Position numbers and translations under genes: made by a program. DNA of 64,000 nt from Antedon mediterranea. Taxonomy: Eukaryota > Animalia > Echinodermata. Position 1 is the stretch's first letter. The number at the start of each line of letters is the position of its first letter. The stretch lies in the NCBI RefSeq assembly GCF_964355755.1, contig NC_092673.1:2604001-2668000 (forward strand), written 5' to 3'. The notes under the pieces are model-generated. The model ran no database searches, was not told the DNA's origin, and worked only from the letters and a program-made list of their open reading frames with translations. Positions 39,311 to 51,367 of this stretch are shown piece after piece.

Positions 39311-41890
39311 CCCTGGTACTGGATAAAACCTTCATGAAATGAAGCAAAAATATATTGCCAAATTTCAAGAAAAATACCAACCTGTTAAATTTAATGATTT
39401 TGAGCACTAAAAAATGTATCATAATCATAACATTTTGTGAAAATGTGTTTGTTAGGCCGACTGCCAAGATCTAAAATTAAACTCGAGCGTAAGCCTATTT
39501 AAATATCCATAATAATAGTAGGTAAATGTATTGATTATTGTATAACAGGAATTTTGATAAAATCATATCTTTTATTTTATTTCAAAGGAAAATATTAAAT
39601 ATCTAAATTATATACTTTATTTATAAGTACTGTTGGGTTCTAAACCCAGTTTTTACTATAAAAGTTAATAACATGTTGTGTTACACCCCTAAGCAAAAAA
39701 TGGTTGTGTCAAAAAGATAACGTCACGTTGTCGGGATACCCAATCCAAATGCGTTGCTCATAGAACTTCGGGTAGCTTTCACACATTGAAATGTGAATGT
39801 CAATTTCTCTCTTCTTCTCGATCAATATTATAATTAATATATTGTAGGCCTTTCATCCATGCAGGGAAGAATTATTGTACATAGTCTATTAACCAATTTA
39901 TATATAGATTTAAACACTAGAAACAGGTTGAAGAGTATACAAATTATTACCAAAAAAATCAATCAGAGGATACTGGATACTCTGTCTGTTACATTTTAGT
40001 ACTGTGCCTCGTACTACTAGTACTGTACACGTCTGCTGCTTTTTGTGGCGCGAAAATATTGACGATCGATGCGGGCTCTTTTCCATACATTGAGGTTATT
40101 GATTGCCGTATATTAAAATTCAATTAAATATTATGTAATTTAATTTATCTGCTCTAATAATAATATTGGAAATGTAGGCCTAAATATAAACGAATGAATT
40201 GTAGGCCCAGAGGCCTCCTGACGCCTACACACAATTTCCTAAATTAAGTACGGTAGGCCTACCTACCTACGGTCCATTAGCCCAAATGCCTAACAAATAT
40301 TATTGTTGACAGCCCATATTACATTTTTGATATATGTTTAACATGACATTAAATTGGACAAAATCCACAAGTAGGCGTAGTAGGCACGGCATATTTTGGC
40401 CCTCGTGCGATTTAATTTTCTCCTCTTTGAAATGTAGACAGCTTTCTTGTGCATTTAATCATGTTTCCTGTTATTCCACATATTTGTGACGGTCGTAGGA
40501 AACAAAATCACATCGTCAATTTTATCCCTTATCGAAATCTTACAGTTTAATGTAAACTTCCCGTTCTTTGCACACGATACGTGCAACAGTGAGTAAATAA
40601 GCCCCGAGTACGCCTGATTGTGTGCGTTCCGTTTTTATCATTTGTCGACCCTCTTCGAAAACAGGACAATGTCACCCGATGATGAGAGAGAGGGGTGCGG
40701 GGTTACAATTTATAAAATCAAGTTATTACCAGTTTAAAAAGTACAAGAGTTTTAAATACTTAATAGGTCTACGCATATACGCACATAGCACTCATCAAAC
40801 GTGTTTTATGCAGTATTAGCGCGCCATACATTTGCTATGCCCATGCTTATAACGATTAGCCTGTGTGTGTGTGTAGTGTTTGCATCTGCATACAATATAC
40901 TTTATGGCTTTACACTGTGCTTATTGATTATTCCACACAATTTGTTCTAATTTGTCTCATCACCATACATGCAGGCAGCTTCAATATATCGATTGAATAT
41001 TACCTACTCTCAATTCTTTTATTTCTCCCGACTCGATCAACATTAATTCAATTAAGAATTATATATTAATTTATCCCGATAAGGTAATGCACTTATCGGA
41101 TGTATATCTGGACTGGATAGTATGCCCTGACGACAAGCCCTGTGGATCGGAATGGAGCAACGTTGATTCGCGCAAAGTTTTTGGCGATTGAGGGCGCTAT
41201 GTGTAAAACTTTTTGGAGAAAAGTTTGCTAGAAAGAAATTTCTGATTTTTACTCCGTAAGGACTAATCTGAAATAATACTAGCACTTAGTTTATTATACT
41301 TGTTGATTAGATGCTACTTTTAAATATTATTGGGTTTTAATATTATATATTTTTAAATCAATATAGTACGAAAAGTAGGCCTACAGCAGATGGATTCGTA
41401 AGCAACCATACCACCCATTTACGACTCGCAACTATGTATATGCATTGTTGCAATCAGCCCCTGGACAATTTGTCACCATGGTTTCATTCCTTCGTGGATT
41501 ACTATTCACTTCGAAGATTTGCGCAACAAATCAAAATAAATAATGTGATAATATGTAGTCGTTAGCACGTCTTTCGTATATATTCTCTATGACTCATGCA
41601 GACTGTGCAAACGCACATTATAATGAATTGTTTTCGTAAATATCTTACACAGACACAAAAACATGAAATTCCGTTTCTCGCCTCTTCTTTGTGCTTCTAT
41701 TCCGCAGCTCTCTTCCCCACAAAATCAGCATAATAATAATAATAATAATAGATTGACAAATATATGATTTAATTGAACATTGAACATACAATTACATAAT
41801 TGAATACGATGTTGTACGATGAATTTCAAACCCGTTTATTTATAAGGATAGAATTTCCCGCTTAACTTTACACTTGGACCACCGGACCAC

Positions 41891-42056
41891 CAAAGATTGG
41901 TCTCCTATTAGGACGCAGCGCAAAGATGTAGACGTACCGCAAGCGAGTTGTCCAATCACACGCGACTGTTCGAATAATCTATCGTTTGTGATTGGTCAAA
42001 TCACTTTGCGTTGCGTTACGTCCTTGCGTTGCGTACCGGTGGGAACCACTAAGCTT
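41891..42056. mobile_element. palindromic MITE (gtgggaacca terminus)
   Basis: Internal palindrome ccaatcaca...tgtgattgg and acgcaa/ttgcgt repeats; related copy at about 47035-47167. Confidence 0.6.
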
Positions 42057-42641
42057 AAGTGTTAGATGGATGTAGTTGAGTTTCCGATTATAATTCCGAT
42101 CCGTCTAAAAATTATTATCTATCAAATGTTGTGTACTAGAGAAGCATAATATGGAGGCATATCTATGTCGGGACGCGGGTATAAGTCAATAACAATCTTT
42201 ATACGACGAAGAGAATCGACCCAGAAACATGTTGTTCTATGCTTCGTCGTCGTCGACATTAATGTAGACAAATTTATCCTATTAGCCGTGAGCTTGTAGT
42301 ATTTTTGGTATAATTTTCTGCAAACATGATTGTCATAGTCCGGAAGGTACGTTGTGTTGTGCGCTGTACTTCAGGTCAGCGCCAAGCAGACTATCACGGC
42401 CGCAGTGAACACTTGTAATAATCGATCGATCCTCATCTATAGGGGTTTGCGTAAGCAAAGCACTATTAATTAGGTCATTTATCATCACATGTAACCAACT
42501 TAATGCTATCATTTCTCATTTTGTTATCTGCATACAGGCATAAAACATTGATAAGCGTTGTCGTCGTACATGACAATGCTTCGACCTACTTAACTTCAAT
42601 GATGACCGAGTGTTTATTTGGAATGTGATGGGGGTAGAGGA

Positions 42642-43455
42642 TGGATGAAATAATATCGCATGGGACACAAGTTGACCTATGACCCACATATACCCGAAAG
42701 TTGGATGAAATAATATCGCTTAGGACACAAGTTGACCTGTGATCCACCCATCCACAAGATTAAGGCGTATATACCCGAAAGTTGGATGAAATAATATCGC
42801 ATGGGACACAAGTTGACCTATGACCCACCCACTTAAAGATTAAAGCATATATACCCGAAAGTTGGATGAAATAATATCGCTTAGGACACAAGTTGACCTG
42901 TGACCCACCCATCCACAAGATTAAGGCGTATATACCAGAAAGTTGGATGAAATAATATCGCTTAGGACACAAGTTGACCTATGACCCACCCACTTAAAGA
43001 TTAAAGCATATATACCCGAAAGTTGGATGAAATAATATCGCTTAGGACACAAGTTGACATGTGACCCACCCACCCACAAGATTAAGGAGTTGGAATTAAG
43101 GCGTATGAAAAGCCAAAATTGGATGACATAATATCTCATGGGACACGAGTTGACCTGTGACCCACCACCGTTTTAAGATTAAGGCGTATATACCCGAAAG
43201 TTGGATGAAATAATATCGCATAGGACACAAGTTGACCTGTGACACACCACCGTTTTCAAGATTAAGGCGTATATTCTCCAAAGTTGGTTGAAATAATATC
43301 GCATAGGACACAAGTTGACCTGAGACACAACACCGTTTTCAAGATTAAGGCGTATATACCCGAAAGTTGGTTGAAATAATATCGCATATAGGACACAAAT
43401 TGACCTGTGACACAACACCGTTTTCAAGATTAAGGCGTATATACCAGAACGTTGG
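42642..43455. repeat. about 80-bp tandem repeat, about 10 copies
   Basis: Unit ttaaggcgtatatacccgaaagttggatgaaataatatcgcttaggacacaagttgacctgtgacccacccatccacaaga. Confidence 0.93.
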
Positions 43456-44200
43456 TTTTGGAAATATTGTTACGTATAGCTAGGTCATTTTCTTATGTTC
43501 GAAAGTAAACCAGTCGTGTATATAACCGCGTGTATATCCGGTATCGATTTGTCCTTTGATATTATCTGTTAATGTGGGAATCGATTAAAAATGAAAAAGG
43601 TAAACAAATATAATACTAGCATACAATTATATAGATCAATGTATGAATACCTGTTAAGAAGCGCGGCGTTGTGATCATTATTTCAAGTTTGATATTACTA
43701 CTACTACTAGTCTAATTACTTGTTATTTAAGTCGGCATTCGACAAAATGCCGAAACAGGATGCGACGATGCAACAACGCTTGAAATAATAATTCCTGTAA
43801 TATCAGGTGTTTACTCTAGACTTAACTATCAGTCATCCGTCAATAATATTGGCGGCAACGTCATACCCATTCATATATATGGCGTCTGAACCTTGGCCAT
43901 TTGGCAACGAAAAATGGAAAATAAAATGTCGAACTCGAATCAATTCGTCGTGTAATTTCATTTTCCAAGCGGCATTTGGATATAAAGTAATACTTTACAA
44001 GGTTCTATATTCTATTTTTGACATTTTTGGCTCGTGGCTAGACAAGACAAGGCTAGTATTTGATACAGGCACTTTTGTGTGGTGTTACGATGTAATTAAT
44101 GATGATCTTGTCGAAGAAAGAGACATAAATGCACACACGCATTGGATGTGGGCATTCAGCGGAGACACAGTTAATGAATGGTCGTCGCGCTGTAAACTTT

Positions 44201-45704
44201 TTAATTTTTTTTAATTTTTTTTTATTCATTTCAAAAAATACAACCATAACACAAACTCACTTAAATATAAAGTAATAGGTATCAAAATGATATGAACGTT
44301 TAAATAAAGTAACTTACAGTGATCAAACAATATTAAAAAACTATAAATTATTAATTCCATTTTTTTTAAAGTAAATAATTAATTAATTGGGTAAATGCTG
44401 TGTTTTCCACAATTATGTAACTAATCTAACTAAATATAATTGTATTAATCAAATTAGCCAGAAATATACATTTACTAACATATTAATTATAAGTAATAAT
44501 AAATAATACTCATATACATACACATACATACACACAAATATATCTTAATCTGTACTATAACCAAGGAACTATAATATAATTGTGCTAATTAAAATCAGAT
44601 AACTACATTTAACAACATAACCATTTTTGTTTCTTTAAAATAATACATATACAGTATATATTTTTAATTTATCTGTATTGTAACCAAGGAACTAATAGTA
44701 TGCCTATAATAAATAATTAAAAATATCTAGCAAGTGCAAATAATAATTTCTGGTTTACATTTTAATTTAATACAATAATAAAGAGCAAGCGTAATAATAA
44801 TAATACACAAAAGTAATTCATTTCCTCGAGAAACAGTATCATTAAGTTATTAAATATAATCTTCTATTAATCTCCACTTTTGTCTGAAATTATACAATGT
44901 ACTTCTTTTAGAAGCAATGTTTTTTTCTACGTTATAATTAAATTTTAACCGATTAAAGAAAACCTGGAAGACTGGCTTTTTGTGAGTTAATTTGTAACTA
45001 AATATAATTTTCTTAATCAACAAAATACATAGATTTAATAGCATATCAGGATTTCTGTATTGTAACCAAATAATATGGAGGTTTTATCAAGGTTAATCTT
45101 TGTTTTTGAAATGTTTTCCCACCAAGTCGTGAATTCATCCCATAGTTTGGTTGCAATGTTACATTCAACCAAAAGATGGGTCATAGTTTCAATATTTGAT
45201 TCACAATAGGAACACATATTACTCGGTACAATATTCATTTTATGTAGTCTATTAGTTGACAAGCAATTCACATTAATTTTATACTGAAATATTCTGGTTC
45301 TTACCTCCTGAGAACATTTAAATGGTAATACATAGATATTTTCCCATTTATCGCTATCTACACCTAATTCATCCTGCAATTTACTTGGAGATGTTGGTAT
45401 TTTAACGATTTTTTTAATTAAGGCTCTGTATATATTTTTTGTACTCATACTTTCTAATTTTTTCTTCATTCTTCACTTCCACTATAAACCCTCTTTTTTA
45501 TAATTTTTTCGTAAAAACCCTAGCTTCATGTTTGCTTTCCACTGTGGGGGTATTGCAGATATCGTCATTCCCCAGTGCATGAAATTACTTGTCGATAAGC
45601 CTCTCTTTATCCACGTATTAAAGGGAATGATATTACCGTTTTCATAAAAAAAGGTCGCTTACTAAACATATCCCAACATCTCTGAGGCTCTTGTAATAAC
45701 TGTC
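44201..45704 (-). mobile_element. 5'-truncated L1/Tx1-clade LINE (ORF2 C-terminus, 3' UTR, A-rich tail)
   Basis: ORF 45035-45469 has the zf-RVT pattern (W..IY..PFK...FQYKI...CSYC...ETMTHLLVEC...W) and continues by frameshift into KKIIFSYK...VEKNIA...FRQKW; the A tail reads as T runs at 44201-44225; flanks ctgtaaacttt / ctgtcaacttt. Confidence 0.9.
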
Positions 45705-45940
45705 AACTTTATGTGCGCGTACAAACACAAACTTGATGTGCGCGTACAAACACAACCTTGATGTGCGCGTACCAACACAAACTTGATGTGCGCGTACAAA
45801 TACTGATAATACAATGTATGTGCGCGTATAAACAATAATACACTTTATGTGCGCGTACAAACACAAACTTGATGTGCGCGTACCAACACAAACTTGATGT
45901 GCGCGTACAAATACTAATAATAATATTGATGTGCGCGTAC
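45705..45940. repeat. 9 copies of atgtgcgcgta(c) with 25-32-bp period
   Basis: Copies start at 45711, 45736, 45761, 45786, 45818, 45847, 45872, 45897 and 45929. Confidence 0.92.
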
Positions 45941-47167
45941 CAATGTTGTTTACGCGCGCGTTAAGTTTTTGTCACTTCATGTTGGCTCTACGATTTGACA
46001 AATAACACTGATTTCCACGTTTCTCTGAATCAATTATTTTGAAAAGTATGATCCAGCGTCTTAAGCATAAGTCTGTTCTTAAGATCCTACCTTGAATAAT
46101 AAAACAATTTCTGTATCATTATATAGTAGCGACTTCTTTGTAGCACGTTTGCCATTCGTGAAATCTAAAACTATCACGTAAATGCATAATCCGTTTTGTA
46201 CACTTCACTAACTAAGTTGTTAAAATAAAATCCGGGCGTTAAAGAAAAGTTTTGTACATCACGCTCCTTCCCAAGTCGGTCGAATCGGGCTTTGCTTGTA
46301 CACAGTAGATTCCGTCAGTGACATCACGAATCACCGACACACAATTTGACAAACGTGTTCAAACGCAATGAAAATGGTACGACTTTTGTCCGCACGCGTC
46401 AACTCTGTGTCTCTTGGTGGTGTCAATGACGCTTTGCTTCAGCGCGCCTCCGGTGTGACGTGTTGGTCGGCAAAAACTTTCCGTCATCGTGGTTGTTACG
46501 GAACGCAATGTTCAGTAAAAAATTAATGAATCATTGCATAATATACGATTACTTTTCTATATATTTTGACGAGCGGAACAAACAGAAAGAATTCTCTTGT
46601 TGACACTTAAAGCACCGAAGCGAACTGAGCTTAATGCAAAATGTGACGATGATACATTTTCGAAAAATCAAGCTGATACAAGAACAAGTTTGTCGCAATG
46701 TATTATTTAGGTCAACACACTCCCAAGATACATGGAGGCAGTTGCCATAGTTTGTTTATCAGATATGATAAATTATAAAAGAAACACATTCATATTAGGG
46801 GACGTGAGTAAGTAGGATCAAGAATGAGACCCAATTGGCCTACTTTATCATATGTACACACCGTAGCCCATAAACACGGGGTGAACAAGTATCAGTGAAC
46901 GTCGACAGCAATCATAATGACAATCCTGATCAAAGAGAATGACAATCCTGATCAAAGAGTATGGACAGCAGTAGTTGTATGTTTTTGATGGAAAATAATT
47001 TGTGGAGATATGATACGCGTTATAAATCTGTAAATGTAGGGTGCATTATGCAACGTAAGTGAGTTGACCAATCACAAGCAATTGATTATTCGAACTGTCG
47101 TTTTTCATTGGTCGATACGCTTACATTGCGTTTACGTTCATGCATTGCGTCCTAGTGGGAACCAAGC

Positions 47168-47470
47168 AACGAAGACGTAAATCTGCGTAAAAACAAAAAC
47201 GTCGACGCAAAACAACGAACACGTTACGCTATCGTAAAACGAGTTAGGAGTAAGGCTACGTAAAAACGAAAACGTCGACGCAAAACAACGAATACGTGAC
47301 GCTATAGAAAAACGATGAAAGCGTAAGGCTACGTAAAAACGAAGACGACGGGATAAAACCAATAAAGACGTAACGCAGGTTTAAAACGTTGGCGCAAAAC
47401 AACGAGAACGATTATAGCGTAAAACGAAGAATCGACAAAACAATGAAGACGTGACGTCGACACAAAATAC
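47168..47470. repeat. degenerate CpG/A-rich repeat (about 78-bp period)
   Basis: Recurrent aaaacgtcgacgcaaaacaacgaa and gtaaggctacgtaaaaacgaa. Confidence 0.7.
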
Positions 47471-47869
47471 GCCGGCGATTTGATTTTATAACCCAATAAC
47501 GACATTCGTAATTTGAAATAACGCCAATCAACAGACACATTCAGAAGCGGTTTATTTTGTCATCTCTTTATGAATTATACCCAAACCTTGCGGATCGAAT
47601 TGATGTGTTTAATATCAATAATGCAAATATTAAACTATATTGCTTGTACGGGTGGTGGTCTCTTGGGTCGGATACTCAAGATTATGTTGCATGCTTAAGT
47701 AAATTAAATACAATTAATTGACTTTCTTCTTTAGCTTCAGTGGGGAAGTACGTTATCGGCGCTTGAATGATTTTAACGTTCTATCGGCCACTGACCTTTG
47801 GAATGTATTTTATGTTTGAATTATTTCTTATCCTGGATACTATAGTAAAATATTTCTATCAGATCTTTT

Positions 47870-49296
47870 GTTGCCAATTCCGTTCTCTTTCCATCACGTC
47901 GCACCATTCCAGGTTCTTCCTTTAATCAGGACATTGCCAATTCCATACTCTTCCTCCTTCCTATTACATCGTTGCCGTTCCGAGCTCTTCCTAATATTAT
48001 CGTTGCCATTCCTTGGTCTTCCTATCACATCGTTGCCGTTCCGATCTCTTCCTAATCGTTGCCATTCCATGGTTTTCCTATCACATCGTTGCCGTTCCAT
48101 GGTCTTCCTATCACATCGTTGCCATTCCATGGTCTTCCTATCACATCGTTGCCGTTCCATGGTCTTCCTATCACATCGTTGCCATTCCATGGTCTTCCTA
48201 TCACATCGTTGCCGTTCCATGGTCTTCCTATCACATCGTTGCCGTTCCATGGTCTTCCTATCACATCGTTGCCGTTCCATGGTCTTCCTATCACATCGTT
48301 GCCATTCCATGGTCTTCCTATCATCATCGTTGCCATTCCATGGTCTTCCTATCACATCGTTGCCATTCCATGGTCTTCCTATCACATCGTTGCCATTCCA
48401 TGGTCTTCCTATCATCATCGTTGCCATTCCATGGTCTTCCTATCACATCGTTGCCGTTCCATGGTCTTCCTATCACATCGTTGCCGTTCCGATCTCTTCC
48501 TAATCGTTGCCGTTCCATGGTCTTCCTATCATCATCGTTGCCGTTCCATGGTCTTCCTATCACATCGTTGCCATTCCATGGTCTTCCTATCACATCGTTG
48601 CCGTTCCATGGTCTTCCTATCACATCGTTGCCGTTTCATGGTCTTCCTATCACATCGTTGCCATTCCATGGTTTTCCTATCACATCGTTGCCGTTCCATG
48701 GTTTTCCTATCACATCGTTGCCGTTCTATGGTCTTCCTATCATCATCGTTGCCGTTCCATGGACTTCCTATTATCATCATTGCCATTCCATGGTCTTCCT
48801 ATCATCATCGTTGCCATTCCATGGTCTTCCTATCACATCGTTGCCGTTCCATGGACTTCCTATTATCATCATTGCCATTCCATGGTCTTCCTATCACATC
48901 GTTGCCATTCCATGGTCTTCCTATCCCATCGTTGCCATTCCATGGTCTTCCTATCACATCGTTGCCGTTTCATGGTCTTCCTATCACATCGTTGCCATTC
49001 CATGGTTTTCCTATCACATCGTTGCCGTTCCATGGTCTTCCTATCACATCGTTGCCGTTTCATGGTCTTCCTATCACATCGTTGCCGTTTCATGGTCTTC
49101 CTATCACATCGTTGCCATTCCATGGTCTTCCTATCACATCGTTGCCGTTCCATGGTCTTCCTATCACATCGTTGCCGTTCCATGGTCTTCCTATCACATC
49201 GTTGCCATTCCATGGTCTTCCTATCACATCGTTGCCGTTCCATGGTCTTCCTATCACATCGTTGCCATTCCATGGTCTTCCTATCATCATCATCGT
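47870..49296. repeat. 30-bp minisatellite (about 43 good copies plus a degenerate left flank)
   Basis: Unit tcacatcgttgccRttccatggtcttccta; source of all overlapping ORFs in 47868-49357. Confidence 0.96.
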
Positions 49297-50660
49297 TGGT
49301 AATAATTCCCATTTCACGTCGAAAGCATCTCTAAATGACTATGTTTTTATTTTATAAAAAAACAAATGAATATAAATGAAAATTCATCTAAATATTTTCA
49401 TATAGAATTTTTTTGTTGATGGTTGAATTAAAAAAAGACGTTGAAAATGTTCATCGAAAAGAATTAAGTACCGTACCGTACCGTAGTAATATCAATTTAA
49501 GCACAAATATATTCTTCATCTAATGATAACGCAATGATTTTATTTTTAAAAAAGTAAATGATAAAATAATCTTCATATACATTAGCATCTGAAGACCTCC
49601 ATCATAAACAAACTGGGACACCGAAAAGTCACATGTAAACTGGAGCAAAGATAGAAATCCAATTCTTACAAACTGGGACAATATCATATCGTAATAGACT
49701 GATTGTTTACAGGCCATGTCAGGCATGTAGCGTTCCAGGGATCACAGTCATTAAAAGTGACAACATTTCTACTTTTCAACTAACAAAATCATGTTACCTA
49801 AACTCCCTGCCTAAGGCTTTTACGAAGGAATGTATCTAAACTGGATGGATTTTTAACAGATTCAGTAAAATTTACAGTCATTGATGGTCAGTTTTCGCCT
49901 AAAGCGACAGCGTTTTATATATTTTATTTCAATCCCAAATGGTTCAAGTTATACTTGGCCGGAAAGTTAAACCTCCAGTATTTTTGAGTCAATTCTTCAA
50001 CAACAGCTGTTTAAATAAACTAGTGATAAAAATTCTATCTTAATCAATATTTCATTAGTAATGTACTTTTGTTTAACAATAGTAATAATTAGTCAGTGAC
50101 ATCACAAAGACGACATACGCGCTATATCAATGTTTGAAGGCGCGCGTAGAAAATGGTCCTTTTTTCAATTAAAATTACGATGTTGTTTTTCTTTTTATGT
50201 GATGTTTGAACTTGGCGACTGTTCTGGATATTACGTGCATTTTATTATATTATATTTATTGACAAATTGGTTTTAATATCCAAAATTAGGAGTAATAGTA
50301 TTAAGTATTATGATTAATTCATTGTCATGATTTAAGAATATAATTATCATGGCACGAGACACTAATTATACTATTGGTTATCCACATGAAATTAAAATAA
50401 ACACAGTAATATTTTTTTCTCCAAATGTACTATAGAAAATTGTATAGGCATACATTTTATCATACCTTCTGCGAAGCGGGTACCTCTCCTGCACCCAACT
50501 CCAGCAAGTTACCTACTACAAATTTCGGTTATAACCCCGCTACTTCGGACCACACGCACTCACGGATTTTTTTATATAGTGTAAAACATTCTCAGTACAA
50601 TTGTGGTCATTCATGATACCCCATGTGTATGGATGAGTGTAGTGGGGAAAATGTGTATAT

Positions 50661-51367
50661 AGCTATGTCTACACTATCAAACTAGTTTGATAAAAAAGTG
50701 TGATGTGCCCAAATATGGAAGTGATATGACCAAATATGGTAGTGATATGCCCAAATATGGAAGTGATATGCCCAAATATGGTAGTGATATGACATCATTT
50801 CCATATATGGGGATACATTTTTTTGTCACATAAAGTTTGATAGTGTAGACAGAGCTTAACGAACAAACACACACTATCTATAAAGCCCTGTCAACACTCT
50901 CAAACTAGTTTGACAAATAAAATTTTATGTGTCCAAATATGGTAGTGATATTGACATCATCATGTCCATATATGGGCACATCACATTTCGTTGTCACATA
51001 AAGTTTGATAGTGTAGACAGAGCTTAACGAACAAACGTACACACACTATCTCTAAAGCTTTGTCTACACTATCAAACTAGTTTGACAAAAAATATGTGAT
51101 TGCCCAAATATGGAAGTGATATGACATCATCATGTCCATATATGGGCACATCACATTTCGTTGTCACATAAAGTTTGATAATGTAGACAGAACTTTACAA
51201 ACAAACTTACACACACTATCTCTAAAGCTCTGTCTACACTATCAAACTAGTTTGACAAAAAATATGTGATTGCCCAAATATGGAAGTGATATGACATCAT
51301 CATGTCCATATATGGGCATATCATATTTTGTTAATGTCACATAGTGTGCGACAGAGTAGACAGAGCT
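50661..51367. mobile_element. tandem array of four Harbinger-like MITE family A copies
   Basis: Copies at 50661-50856, 50884-51024, 51056-51194 and 51226-51367, separated by a shared spacer aacgaacaaac..acacactatct. Confidence 0.88.

Larger units (their letters stand above)
43807..46005 (+). pseudogene. disrupted exon encoding a divergent CUB-like domain
   Basis: Acceptor atcag|GTG, then about 131 open codons up to the LINE junction; the frame resumes after the LINE and target-site repeats (KLYVRVPMLFTRALSFCHFMLALRFDK*). CUB resemblance judged by eye only. Confidence 0.4.

Noticed and set aside
42642-43455. ORF cluster or CRISPR-like array
   Set aside because: Contiguous 80-bp tandem repeat with no unique spacers.
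45705-45940. CRISPR-like short repeat with variable spacers
   Set aside because: Eukaryotic context, repeat only about 12 bp, spacers are related to each other, and no cas genes are present.
47868-49357. Multiple overlapping long ORFs on both strands
   Set aside because: All derive from the 30-bp tandem repeat, with frames broken by random +1 units.
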